Origin: Raillietiella orientalis
Taxonomy: Eukaryota
Reading direction: 5' to 3'
NCBI GenBank assembly: GCA_036172245.1
Contig: JAYWIR010000017.1
Location: 2,666,001 to 2,730,000, forward strand
Length of the DNA: 64,000 bases
Part shown: one piece after another, positions 40,548 through 54,200 of the stretch
How the letters are laid out: the number at the start of each line of letters is the position of its first letter
Numbering within the stretch: position 1 is the first letter of the stretch
Made by a program: the position numbers and the translations under genes
Notes under the pieces: generated by a model
The model's database searches: none
Seen by the model: the letters and a program-made list of their open reading frames with translations, nothing else
What the model was told of the DNA's origin: nothing

Positions 40548-42295
40548 ATGGGAAAGAATGCTCGGACATTCTTAAGAGCACACTTTGCATGGAAGGGAAA
40601 TCTCGATCTGAATGCGATTGTGAGTGTGGATCAAGGAAGATAAATATATGAAATTTCAGAATAATAGCAGAGATTTGAGATATAAGATGAAGCACTTTTT
40701 GATGTGAAGGAATAAGTTCATCTCATCAGAAGTCATACAACCTAGGGCTTAAAGACAGTTCGGTTTGTAGTTTTTTTTTTTTCTAGCAGTTTTTAGTTAT
40801 TTTTATCTTTGGTTCTTGACGATTAACGACTACTCTGCATGAAGAAAAAAAAACACGAAAGATGATCAGTTTGTTCGAACCAAAAATACAAACATGCTGT
40901 GTTCTGTCTTGAACCCAATAATCCTCAAACTGATGCTTTTATCGAATCTCTAGCGTACATTCGAGATGAGAAATAAAGTCAGGAGCAGTGCAAGCTTTGA
41001 TCCTTTGTATGACTTGAAAAGATTGTGCCCTCTGCTGCACAACACATTGAGAGATCAACTGCTCTGCTACCAAAAACAGTTGTTCCATCTGTTTTACAGG
41101 CACTATTTTGGTAGCAGAGAAACTGATCTGGAGCCTGGAGAGTCTGGAGAGAGCCTCGATGAAGGGAAAAGCTCGACGGAATTGAGTTCATTCTCATCAC
41201 AGTGGAGTTCAATTCACATCTTTGTTTCAATAAGATCTTTGCCTTCATGTAAATCACGAAAAATCATGAAAAAAAGAGGTATTCCGGTATTCAAGAATAA
41301 GTGACCTGAAAAGAAACTAAGGGATGGAATTAGAATTCGTGTATATAGTTGGGAAGTGTCCAGTTGGGAAGTACAGTTATTATTATTATTTTTGAAACAC
41401 TGTCTTGCACTAATTTCGAGAGCGTTTCAAGGATTAGAGGCTAAACTAAAATTTGAAGACTCGTTACGTTTGACATTATGGACAGATTCAATTCACCAGA
41501 AGGATAGAACAAGACAATTGGGAAATGTCGACGGAGACCCACCTTTTACACATTCCAAAATGACTGACAAGCAAACCACGTACATGTTTTTGACGTAAAC
41601 ATGATGCTGCAAGTTTGTTTCGAATACAAAAGGCAAGCAGAAAATCGTTGAAAATGGAATACTTTGAATATTCCTGCATATACCACGAGTCCCACTACAA
41701 AGTGCTCCACTGATTTGCAGTTCAAATCTCCAAGTCATGAGGTCATCAGCAAGCTGTACCAGACTGAAATGTGTGGATGGGGATGACCGCAAAGGCAAAC
41801 AGGAATCGCACTGTTGCTTCATGAAAGACATCTTCATGACAATTTTCTTAGCATTGTACAGTGAGAACGTTAGAAACTCAGGCAGCTATAAAAAAGGCGG
41901 CAACCGGAAGATCGAGCTAAAGGTGTTGGTTGTGTACATGGAAAACATGTTTATGTACTGAAAAGGAAACTTGCGTCGGAATCAGAAACGGCAGATGACA
42001 TCATTCCAGCTCACAGGCGTTCGAACTCGAAGCTTCGCCTTCATCAGGAAAATAGAAGACCGAAAAAAGGGAAAAAACGCGGATGAGGATCCTCCCGCAG
42101 CTTCCTCAGGACTTGATCCGGCGCCAAGCCTCGCAGGCGAAGGAACGCCCGGGGCTCGGACCGCAGTTGCGTAACAATGGAACGCCGGATGGCCCTGCGT
42201 GATCGATTTCCATCCAGGCAACCCCTTGCACCGCTACGCTGGGGCAGCGGCGGCACTTCTTGTGGCACCCGGGAAAAGGAGAGACGCCCTCCAGG
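40548..42295 (+). CDS. Probable lineage-specific N-terminal extension exons of the dynein heavy chain (or a separate small upstream gene)
   Basis: ATG 40548 exon to 40619, then a 40-nt intron (gtgagt..tttcag) to 40660. ORFs 40966-41304 and 41737-41961. The exon ending 42165 joins the dynein frame through a 52-nt intron 42166-42217. Not all junctions were resolved. Confidence 0.4.
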
Positions 42296-45200
42296 ATGTT
42301 TTCCTCCAAGAAAAAAAGCAAGACGAAGCGCCAGCGATCCGTGGTTATAGCCGAGCAGCTCCACCAGTTGCGCGAAAAGCAGGTACGGGTGACAGCCGGG
42401 AATTGACTCCTCTTTTCACTATTCGACTGTGACGGCAGAACCAGGCTAAAGAGAGACGAGAACAACGGAAGCATCTTTTGAATTCCTTGCACAATTATTT
42501 CATCGGATACATTGCCGATGTTTTCGACATGAGCTACCAAGATGCTGAGGATTTCGTCCTGGATCATGAAAGATGCATAGAATTGATGGATTCCTTCATT
42601 GAACCTAACGGGGCTGAGGCGCTGATCTTTTACTTCCAAGAAAATGAACCACCAAACATTGGTGAGAAAATTTTCAGCTGATAAAAAAACGATTCAAGTG
42701 TTTTCTGTCATGCAAGGTTGGGTGGGGGCATTTTAATAAGCATTTTTCATAGGAAATATTTGCTCCGAATGAGCCTATTTCATTTCCCATTAAGATTGGG
42801 TTATTACTGTTTTAGTGTGTTTTCTGAATACCTGTACAATGGATCATTAGAAAGTTATTCTACAATGTTCATAGTAGAATATTTATAAAAATAATAAACA
42901 CGATACTTCAATTTTGTAATGTTTCATCGAAACAAAGCTCATATTTCAAAAGAGTTGAACAGTCAATTCTAGCGAAACAGCATGAAGACCCAAGTATTTA
43001 AATTAGTATATTACATGATACCTAGATTTATTAGCATATGTTAGCTTAGTTACTTAGTTCTGCATAAGTAGCATCCTTGCTCTAGTTGGTGCATCTTTTC
43101 TTTTTGTTACAAATGCTTTTCAAGGAGGATTTTCTGATTGAAAAATCAACTTCAGGATGCAAAAGGACTCAAATAACGAGTAGTGTACTTGAATAAAAGA
43201 AAAAGAAAAGCTGTCATCACGAAAACAATCACTAAATATGTACTATTCTGTTTGTTTAATAATCAGAGTTTACAAAACCCGATGATCGTCTGGCAAACTG
43301 AATTACATTTCTGAATAATTACTAATCATTTTTATTGCTTTCCTATGTTTCAAACAGTGCAAACAGTTTGATAAGAAATCGATGCGGACTCGGATAAAGA
43401 GGGATCGCGTCATAATTATTAATCATCCAATCTTGCATTGGATATTTACTACATCAGCATATGGAGTACGGATGTGATATCGAAATTTATTCGTAATAAA
43501 TTATTAGCTATTTGTTTTCTCACCTAAATAACGAAGGATGTCTAGAAAGCACTGAATTCTTCAAAATTAGGTTCCAGATATTTTGGAATAAGAGGGAAAA
43601 CTCACTTTTTGTTCTCATTTTGTAATTTGGTCTGATTTGCCTGGAAAAGGAAAATATGTACGATCATACATTTCATCCAAATCAGTGCTACCAATCGACC
43701 GAGCATTTTATGTCTTTCCACGATTTTCCTGGTTTTGGAAGGTCTTTCTGCACAAAAGTTTAGAAAGATGTTGAGCACGACTCATTTGGAAAACAAACCT
43801 TCAGAACCCGATTGGGAAACGAAGCTCAGATGGTCAATATATACAACGTGCTTCCTCAAGGAACGATTTAACAAATGATGGCGGCAACTATAATTCAGGG
43901 CTCATTACCTTGCAACCTCCCTGAATTTTTTTTACTTTAGGTATTCCTAGTCTTGTTTTCTGATTTGTAATTTCGTGGTTCCTTCCACTCGCTAAAAACG
44001 AAACTGTGGGGTATATCTAAAAGCTTCGCTCACGTTAAGAAGAGGGGACAGTATTCCAATAAGTTTTCAGTGATTACAAGGAATGTTGCACTCTTAACAA
44101 CAAATTCTCATATTTTTCTTAATCTTCACTCAAAAGAAGCAAGGGTTACTCTGATGGGTAATCTTATATACTTCTGCTGTTTGTATGGGATACTGGATAT
44201 CGCATATTTATCACGTGGAGAAGGTAGCACAGGGAGTGTTCATTGTGTTCCTTCTAACAAATCGTTCCATTCCTCTAATGTATACCTTTCGAACTTTTTC
44301 ATACGACGACTTCTCTAGGATATAGTTTTTTCTCTCTCTCTCTCTCTGCACGTACGAATCACATAGGAATGTATCTCAGCAATGTATTGTCCTGTTTCTT
44401 TTCACTAAGGAATTTTAGTGAGTCTTCCTTTAAATTCCAATACTTGATAATAAGAATACAAAATAAGTTTGCATTCAGAACAAAAAATCTTCGAGGAGAA
44501 GTAATACGTTTTATAGACTAAACTTGAATTGAAATCACCAATTCGTAGACTCCCATATTCCTATCCTGCACTTGCAAAGGAAGGATCAACATTTCAGGTT
44601 ATAAATGTTTTCAGTGAAACTGTGTTCTCTGATGAAAAGGAAAAAGAGGGAAAAATAAGTAGGTGCTGGAAGAGCCAGGGATCATAAGACACAATATATT
44701 AATTTACTTTAACTGGAAACTAAATAAAAGTGGATGAAATGAGAAGAAAACAAAGCCACACTACTGTTGCATTTTTATTAGGTTTATGGGAAAGGGCAGA
44801 GTGTACCACGTAGATAAATTTTGCATGTGTATTACTCATTCTTTTAAATAACTGCTATTGGCATGTGTTACTTATATGCAAGTTAAACTGAATCAAGGAA
44901 TAAGATTGAAAATAACATGTTTACAAAATTTCATGGGATGATGACAGTAATGCAATTTTGTGCATGACAAGATGCTTGTTCTCAATGCAGGTGAATTTCA
45001 CATTAGGCAATGAATTCGAGATCAGCGATTTCATGTTTCTCTGAGCGTGAAATTTTTCCTCACTTGCGACCCATGACCTCAACGAGGATGAGAAAGTGGT
45101 TATAAGGGAGGCACTGGGAACGAATTTCTTTCTCATGATGCAGAACCATGGTGTGTAAGCACATTTCGTCGTTTGTAAGCGCGCCATTTCGGATTAAAAC

Positions 45201-48200
45201 AGAGGTTCAGACCAGAGAGCAAAAGCGAAAACTCCAGCAAGTCCCTTATTAGAAGAGATTGGATTATTTTCTCCGACCATCGGAAGGAGAGCAAAAGCTA
45301 ATTTCGGGGAGGAAAAGAGAAATAAAATGCCTAAATTTTTCAGTAACACTTGAAACAAACCACGGATGAAACGAGGAAATTTCATGAAATTGCATATGGA
45401 GGAAAACGCAAAGGAAAAAATAAAATAATTAAATCAAAAACCGAATTTTCCAAAAGTATGTCTAGATAGAAAATTTTTTAAAAGTGTTCTTGAAGGAATT
45501 TCCTGTTGGTTTTCCACAAATACGAAACACGAAAATAAATACACATCTATGCCTAACAGTTTTTGACAAAAGTACCACCAAATTACAATTTATGTTTAGT
45601 GAATTAATTAAGACTTGGCAGATCTCCTCTAGCACTTGAAACTCGGGTTGTTCCAAGTGCCAAGCTTTTAACGAGGCATTGCTTATTCTTGGATTGTTCG
45701 CGCAATGCAATGTCTCCACATACTATAACATAACTGTACTATTTCCTTTTCTTTTGTACCTTCGTCGATGTGAAAAATTTCTCTTTTTATAGCCTCCAAG
45801 ATGTGTGTTCTCATTTGCTTGGCATCAGCAGAATTCCACCATCAGTCATTTTGAAGACTATCTGTTTCTTCGATTCTTCAGTAGCTAGATCACCATTTTT
45901 TTTTTTTCTTTTGACGCATCAGACCTAATTCCAGGAAGAATATGCATGTTCTTCCTGGATTTCATTTGTAACTTCCTTGGTGTTTCACCAAATTTGTTTA
46001 TGATGTGGTTCTCAGAGAAGTGTCGGTGATTCATGATTCACCGAAAATAGGAACAGTGATGTGGAAGCATAGCGAGAAAAAGGGGAGGATAAAAGTAATA
46101 AGGTGGAAACAACAGTAATTACATGATGATTCCACCATGTAATTGCTGTTGATGATTTCATCAAGTAATTACTGTTGTTTATCTTTATTTCTTGCAGTTT
46201 ACTGCACTCTAGAAAGTAGTGGACATTTTCGTTTTTTCAAATATGAATTAAATCAGGCCTTAAACAGATACCAGTTTAAGAGAAAAGAGAAGCAACAGAA
46301 TGCGGAGGAAACTGTATGAAATTGAAATTTTCCCAAGGATTGTGAAGCAGATGATAAAGCAACGTGATCATTCTTTATTTAACTTTTATATGTGGAAACA
46401 GTTGTTTCTTTTAGGGTTACCATAATCCCAAGATGTGTATACATTATATATATATATATATATATATATATAGGCTGCAGTTACTACTTTTTTATTATTT
46501 ATTAATTGTAACCAAGAGAAATTTCAGATCACGAAGCATGGAAAAACCCTACTAGCAAATGGAAGACACGGCTTAGAATCACAAGCTGGTCTTTTATGGT
46601 ATCTTGCGTGAATCTTAGCAACAAATTTATAATTTGTAATTTCGCTGAATTTCAGTGTTCAAAGCATGGCTTTAATTTTATTCCCGCCCACCACAGAACA
46701 AAGAGTTCTTTTCTTATTCTTCGTAAAGGTTTAGCTTTATTGGAGTAATAGCCATTTCTTATAAGATGGCTATCCCTCCAATGACGTTTATTCTTCTCTT
46801 TGGATTCAGATGTTTTCGAAAATGTTTAATTAACTAGGAATCATCTTTTATCTCTCAATTCCATTTGCAAATTGCTTTTCGTTTCTCCATAGTCGTCGTT
46901 GCTGAAAAAATTGTGCTTACAAAAAAAATTGTTTGCGGTTGATTGGAACGAAAGGGATATTAGCCTGACTAACAGTGTGTTTGACATTTGTTTGGATTAT
47001 CTTCAATTCACTACTGTGCTTACGAGCCAATGATGAAAAGACAAGATTAACAAACACAAAAAGAAGGTGAAAAGAAGGTTTTTGGGTTCATTATGAATGA
47101 ACCAAAAAACGACAGCACTTTCCGAAAATTGAAGATTCAGCGTTTTTGAATTCAAAAAAGAATTCGAGTAATTTCGAACTATCATTCGGGAAAAGTCAAC
47201 AAGACTGATTCTCGACAGGTGATTAAACACCGCTTACCATTTATTTCATACCAAAACGGAACTCCGTACTGGTATATTCCGGCGAGGGGTTCCATTTTGG
47301 TGTCAAGTTCCCAGAAGCAGACAAAAATCAAACTAAATTACGGTACTAATCATGTCTTTAATGTATTTCAAGATTAAAATACGAGTGAGTGTTTCCACTA
47401 AGAGTGTGTTCACGTTAGATTACAAGCCGTGCTTTTTTAGAAAAAAATGCGTTAGTTTGATGTACGATGAGCTCTTTTCATGAAATGTATCATCTGTCTT
47501 TATAGAGACAGGAAGAATTATGGCTGTAAATTTTGTTCAGTCTGGAAAACAAGAAAAAGTAGCACGCGTTCTTCTAGCAAACGAGCAAGAGGTTTCTTTC
47601 GAGGGAAAGTGTTTGTATTTTTTGAAACTTCAAGTGGACCAAAATATAACTCAAAAGAACATCAGCGAGGTCAGATATAAGCTGCACTCTTATGAAAGTA
47701 GCTGTGCTTACGAATTGCTTATAATTTTATTACATATTAACTGCAGAATTTCAAATTTTAAAAATGCCAAGTTAAATGTAAACCTTCAAAGCCTTTTTCA
47801 TTGAAACTTACACTTTGGATCTTTGTGCATCAAGCAGCCGAAAAACAATTTGTGTTCACATTAAAGCTAATAAATTAAGAATGAGTGTATTGACATTTCC
47901 GAATATCCTAACCTTGTCCTGAAGTGCTTACGATGTTAAAATTTCAATTTTTCACCGAGATTGTCAGTAATTTTCACAACTCAGAAACAAATGGATTTTC
48001 AACTTTGAGAAGGAATTTGGAATGGTTATCATCATCATCATCATTATTCGAGTCTTTGCAAGCTAACCGTAATGTTTTTTTGTTTCAAAATGTATTCTGA
48101 TCGAATGCACAGAGTAACTATTCCAATTTCATCATCCAAAGCAAGTCATCCAAAATATATACCATGAGGTGATGTTCGGAACAAGTCAGAATTTTTCAGG

Positions 48201-51200
48201 GAAAGTGTTAAATATTGCTAGATTTTAGCTTGGAACAATACTCACAAAGAAAGTAAAAGTGAAATTTGGGATAAACTTTACGTGCAGTATCGAAATTAAT
48301 TTCGGTGTTGCACTTGTTTAACGTGCATAAATAATGCATACGAATTTCATCAATATTGCATGAGGTGAAGTAGAGACTTCACCTTAGAAACACAGATGTT
48401 TACCTGGAGTGAAACCTTCCTTCCTTCTCGTGTCTGTTAAGTAGAATCAACAAAAAAATTACAAACTTTGACGAAGTTTCAAAGAGTTCTCTACGAAACA
48501 CGTCATGAAAAAAACTGGCAAAACTCGACTGAATAGAAATCGAAGCGTGTACGATGAACTTTTGATCGGATTATTATGGATCTTCCACTAGAATTCAACA
48601 TCCACACATTCAGAGGCAACCGTAATCATGCAATTATTCAGCATGATGCTTTACGTACAATAATGTGTAGACGCACACTTGGCACTTCATGTCATTGATA
48701 GGAGAATAACTTTTTGTACTTCCGAAAACGGTTTTGATCTACAGAAAAGAACGCGTATTGTCAATGATTCATTTGTGGATTTGAACTAATTTCATCACCT
48801 CATAATCGATTCCACTACTTGAGAGAGAGAGGCAATGCTTAAATTTTATGCGGATAAGTTGGAAGTGTCATTACTTGATATCGTGAAACTAACCAACGAT
48901 GTGATCCTGACTTTCACTATGGATGAATTTGAAAACGTGATTTAAAATTCAGTCCATATTCACAAAAATAGAATGCACCGACAAATCATCTTAGCATGGA
49001 CAATCACTGATTTCATTACAGGTTCTAATAGCATCTTTCGAAACATTCCCTGGAAAGATTCTGGAAAGTTTTAGGAACCATTTGAAACATGTTTATTTCG
49101 AGGCAATCAAGAAAACCCAGAACTGGCAACACATAGAAAGGTTACCTAATGATCAGTTCATAAAAAAGCATTTCAGCGAGTACATTAAGAGATATTTACA
49201 ATCTCTAAAAGGTGAGATTCCTTGTTCTTCACATAGTAAAGGCATGATCCGCAGAAAATAGTAAAGCGATAGAACACAAGATGGAACTCTACGACCCTTC
49301 AGATATGAAGTTCGACTGGTCAGATATATCAACTCCTGCTCAATGTGCAACGGCTGCTAGCAACTTGGATTTTGTAGCTCTAATTGAAGACGTAGCTCTT
49401 TATTGGTGGAGCCAGTTAAATAAAGTAACGAAAAGCTTTGCTTCAGTCTGCTTTTCGTACTTTTTCCCTTTCCTTTTCTTCATTGCGTTTGCATCTCGTT
49501 CTTGCCAATATTGTGCTTGCTTACACTTCGTGAGCTATAGGGAGTTCTGAACGCAGCTTAATTTGTTTTCAGAATGTTATCCTTGTGAAGATAAAAAGAT
49601 CGATGGAAACCGATCCTGAAATTTCAAAAACATTAATGAGCAAATGTATATATCTATATCTATATTTTTCTTTCAAGATTCTGGTGGAAAGTAATCAGAT
49701 CCGCAGGGAGACGGAAGAGGTGGGACCATGGTCAGAATTAGAATACTGGAAGCACCATCTTGCACGTTTTGATTCCCTAATAACGCAGCTGAAATCTTCC
49801 AAAGTGGAAAGTGTTACCAACATATTAGTACTTTCAAAGTCGAAAATCCTGCCGGTAAAAACTTTCACTCTGATAATGTTCAAGAATGTGCATGAATTTG
49901 CATGAATGTTTTCATTTCATAAACGACTATTCTTTCCCATCGATATGTAGACGGAGATTCGCAACTGAAAGCCCATCACAAAGGTCGTGTGTGTGTGTTT
50001 GTCTTTCAAGGTTCATGGGAAAAGCATGCATAGTCTGTAATTTAGATTCCTTTCCTGATTCTGTGTGTTTACAGAACTTGGATTGCATGGATTCCAAGCA
50101 TTTCCATCTAAATGACACGTCGCTTTGATTTCTTATCATGCTTGGGACACAATGCTTTCATTTCCAATTTTTTTTTTTTTTTATAGTACACGATGCAAAC
50201 CAAGAAAAACTTTCAAGCTATAATAGACCATTTTAGAAACTGCCTACCTCAAATATTCATAAGATTTGCATGAGAATTTCTGGATCCGAGAATCAGTTAT
50301 TACGAAACCATTCGATTTGATTTTTTTGCGATACCAAAGCTTTATACTGCTTTTATGCTCTTGATTTCTTGAATTCTCTCATATTCTAATGTAGTCCACC
50401 TACTTCGTTAAATACTTAGCAAGAGGTCCCTTGACATCTATCAAATTACTTTTCAAGTCAGTAATCAAGTGCACACCCGACTCGGTAAAATTTCTGCTTG
50501 GGGAGTTTTTACGTCCATTAATCTCTGTTCCCAGAATAGTAAGTTTTGCGTACAGTCTATGACTCTCCTATTTACCTGAAATAGAAGAAAGTAATGAATC
50601 ACTTGAAGTCAACTTGTGCTGAACTTTTCCAGAAAGACTTGTTGCTTAAATGATTCATTTGAGAATTTTCAAATATTCCAATTCTCCTTGTTATTCTTTC
50701 GTATTCAATGAAGAAATGGAGGCAAGTAACAGATGACATCATAGAAATCTGGAATGAGGCGTCTGATAATGTCAAATATTTGTCTTCGATTGAAAGTTTC
50801 TTCGAACCACTCTACCAAGAATCTCCGATGAAGATTGCACCTATTCTTCCAAGACTGATTCATGGGATCAGAATGATCAACTACTCATCTCGTTATTACA
50901 ATTCTTCGGAGAGGATCACTTCCATGTTTATCAAAGTATTCATTTTTCTTTTGTTTGGATGAATAAATGATTATAAATAACCTGATCGATAGAAGGATGT
51001 TCTCTTGATTTATGCTCTTTGCTACCAAGCCTTTACTGGACGATAAAGTTTATGCTAATGAGTGGCTGAACAAGCAAACTACTAAATAATGTGCAAAATC
51101 GCTTTTCTACAACTCTAGTAATTCGAAAGCGTTCTGATTTGCCACATGCCCTTTGATATTTGCTGAAGGGCTTACTTTGCTGCGCTGACGTACGTATTAG

Positions 51201-54200
51201 CTACGAACCTCTTGGAATGACGAAATTTATTTGATCACGCGTACTTTCCAATCTGATTTAGACGGATGCTTGTCAAAATTAATCAATTATGCTTATTTCA
51301 GTAATTCATTCAATTCGTTTCTGTTTTAATATCTGAGTTTTTATAACAAATAAAATTCATAATACATTCAAAATTCAATTTAAACAAACTGAATAATAAT
51401 AGCTTTCCTGTCTTGTTTTCTTTCTTTCTTTTTTGAAATAAAGGAATCTGATTCCTTTCATGGAATAAAGTTCTTCGTCTAGTAATCTGAACTATGCTCT
51501 TCAAGGTGACTAATCAGCTTGTTCGATTGAGCAAGGCTTATATATCTTCCGATGGCATGTTTAAAATATGGGATTTACCGGAAGCTGAAGTAATTCAGAA
51601 GATCGAATTATGCCAGAATTTATATCGAGAATATCAGACAAGTTTCCGTGATGTGAAGAGAAAAATTGAAAAGTCTTCGCAAGAAAAGAACTTTGACTTT
51701 TCTGAAATGTACATATTTGGGAAATTCGAAGCACTGTCCAGAAGACTACATAAGGTTGGTAAACATTACAGAACAGCTACCAAAAGCCTGGTTTAGGTGA
51801 ACAGCGTTCTCTCTTGTGCCGAGCACATGTCCTGTTTGTCTCAATCTTGCATCGAAGGAATTGAAGCCTTCGCTAACAAGTTCAATTTTCTGATTGGCAT
51901 TCTGAAGAAAAAACCATATGATGTATTAGATGAGCGTAAAATGGATTTCGACGTAGATTTTAAAGAATTCGAAAAGAGCATCAAGGAACTGGAAACCAGT
52001 TTCCAGAATTTTGTGGATTTGAGCTTTGCATCGATGCCCAATCCAATCATGGCTCTCAAACTTTTGAAAAGGTCTGCAGTTTCTCAGTTCTCTTGATTTG
52101 CTAACTGAACTTTAAAAAATGGCGTATTGTATTTGAGACTCATTTTATGAAATTTTGTAGTAAATACGAAAAATCCCTAAATATTAAGATGCAGTTAAAA
52201 GTATCATCGATAGAGACATTGGCATGAGTAGTCTTGCCAATATTTTACGCACTTCTGAGTACCAATCAGCAATGAATATCAGTAGCCAGCGCTGCTTAAT
52301 GCACTGCTCAAATTGGATTTCACAGGGTAAAAAGAAAGAAAGAAAAAAGGGTAACACCGATTCCGAGGAAACCAGAAAGCATGAGGAAAATGAGTTTAAG
52401 GGTGTGAAAGATCTATAAAGGTGTAGGAAATCGTCCTTCTTCCAGTCTATTTTTTCGGATGGCAATCCGTCATGAACGCTGTTGTGACAAGTGTCTATTC
52501 TCAAATGGGTCGTGCACATCTGACTATGAGTCAACCGATCCCTCAAAGTTCAAGAGAGATAAGCTAGTGCTTCAAAACATTTTCATTGCGCAAATTTAAA
52601 TGCTTCAGCTAGAACCTTTTGGACAAGCAGCTATGTTCATAAGAAGGGATGATAATAGAAGAGATCCAAGAGCAGCTTTACACTACAAACATTGAGCTTC
52701 TTATGGAACAAAAATTCAATTGCTTTTTATTTGCATTGCAGTTTGCGTGCGTACTTCATATCTGTCTAGTCTCTTTTACGGTTTTTGTTTCAATACATTT
52801 AAAGGGACAGCAAAACACTCGGTTTCTTTCCTACGGTTCCCACCGAGGTCTAGTTGAATCATTTGAAAACGAGTTGCAAGACTACGTGGGAACTGCAAGA
52901 CAGAGAGTGGCCTGTAGTTTTCCTGCGTTTTTGCACCAACTGTAGTTGGTCCGTTTGGCAAAGGATACATTTACAAGGAAAAAGCAGTGATGCGAAATAC
53001 ATTCAAAGAAACCAAATGGATAGTTGGGGGATTTAAAACTAAATACAGCTTCCCTCACAGAGCATTGAAGTCGAAAAAAGTAGGCTGCAGCTGCCAAGGT
53101 GCAAGAAGTTCTACGGTCACGGTCTGAATGTGTAGCTCGATGGAGTGACGGAAATCCTGGAGAAAGAATGAGAAGGATTTTCGAATACATTTAGCAGTTT
53201 AGGAGTGAAAAAAAATTTCTTTGCACTGTTCCTTAACTGTAAATTCGGTGATTTTTAGCTCTTGGCACCTGAGTGCATTATTTTATCTATTTTCTTTTTT
53301 CACGGGATTAACGCTTTGATTTTCAGAACGCAAGCTTTTGTTGGAATTAGATGCCCAATTTCAAGGTCGCAAAGTGTTTCAAATCGTAAAAGTTTGAACT
53401 GTAAGCTCTCCATTTTAAGTAATAAACAAAACGACAAATTGTTTTCCAAATAGTGTTCCGAGAAATTTAGTTATACAATGGAATCAAGATTGATCTTTCT
53501 TCCACTCTAAATGGAAAGCGTGTACGCAAGGATGATACAGCAGCAAGAGCATTTCCGATTTGGTTCTCTTGCGCTTCTCGGAACTTTGTGATCTATTCCT
53601 CACACAGCTTTCGTATCCCTATGATATACTTTTCGAGTTCATGAATCGTTATTCACAATTAGATTAATGAGTGTTTTAAACGGACTTATGCGGCTATGGT
53701 TTACGTGTCAGTATGAAATTCATACTGCTCCGGTTTCAGCCGCATTTCGTAATGGAAAAGGATTTCCGAATTTCCGCGACGCGGTTCTTTCGAACATTTT
53801 TCAACATTTCTGAAAATATTAGAGGAATATGTTGCCGTGTCCACCCATTAATCACTTGAAAATATTCGTATTGAGGTTTAAACAGCAATTGCAGAAGTTT
53901 AATCCTGATTAAACCTGATAAAACTTTAAAATTAATCCTGATGAAACTTTAGATTTCAGAACTTGAACCTCCCTTTCCTCGATCTGAATAAATGCTATGG
54001 CATTATTTTGCGCCAATACGGTAATGATCTTGATTGTGTGAGGAAAACCTATCAAAAGGAGAAGAACCTTCCACCATTAGCAAAGAACTTTCCTCCATTA
54101 TGTGGGAGAGTGATATGGAGCAGATCGCTATTCAAGAAAATAAGTAGTCCTATGACTGCTTTTAAGGTGAAAAGCATCTTCATGTGCTTTGCATTTTTTT

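Noticed and set aside
42200..42202. In-frame TGA upstream of dynein suggesting stop readthrough
   Set aside because: It falls inside a plausible 52-nt intron (42166-42217) or the 5' UTR, so no recoding is needed.
42106..42639. 177-aa minus-strand ORF
   Set aside because: Antisense shadow of the first conserved dynein exons.
53897..53952. Short repeated aatcctgat/aaacttta motifs before a dynein acceptor (also the tandem duplication near 60716-60745)
   Set aside because: Small slippage duplications with no evidence of function.
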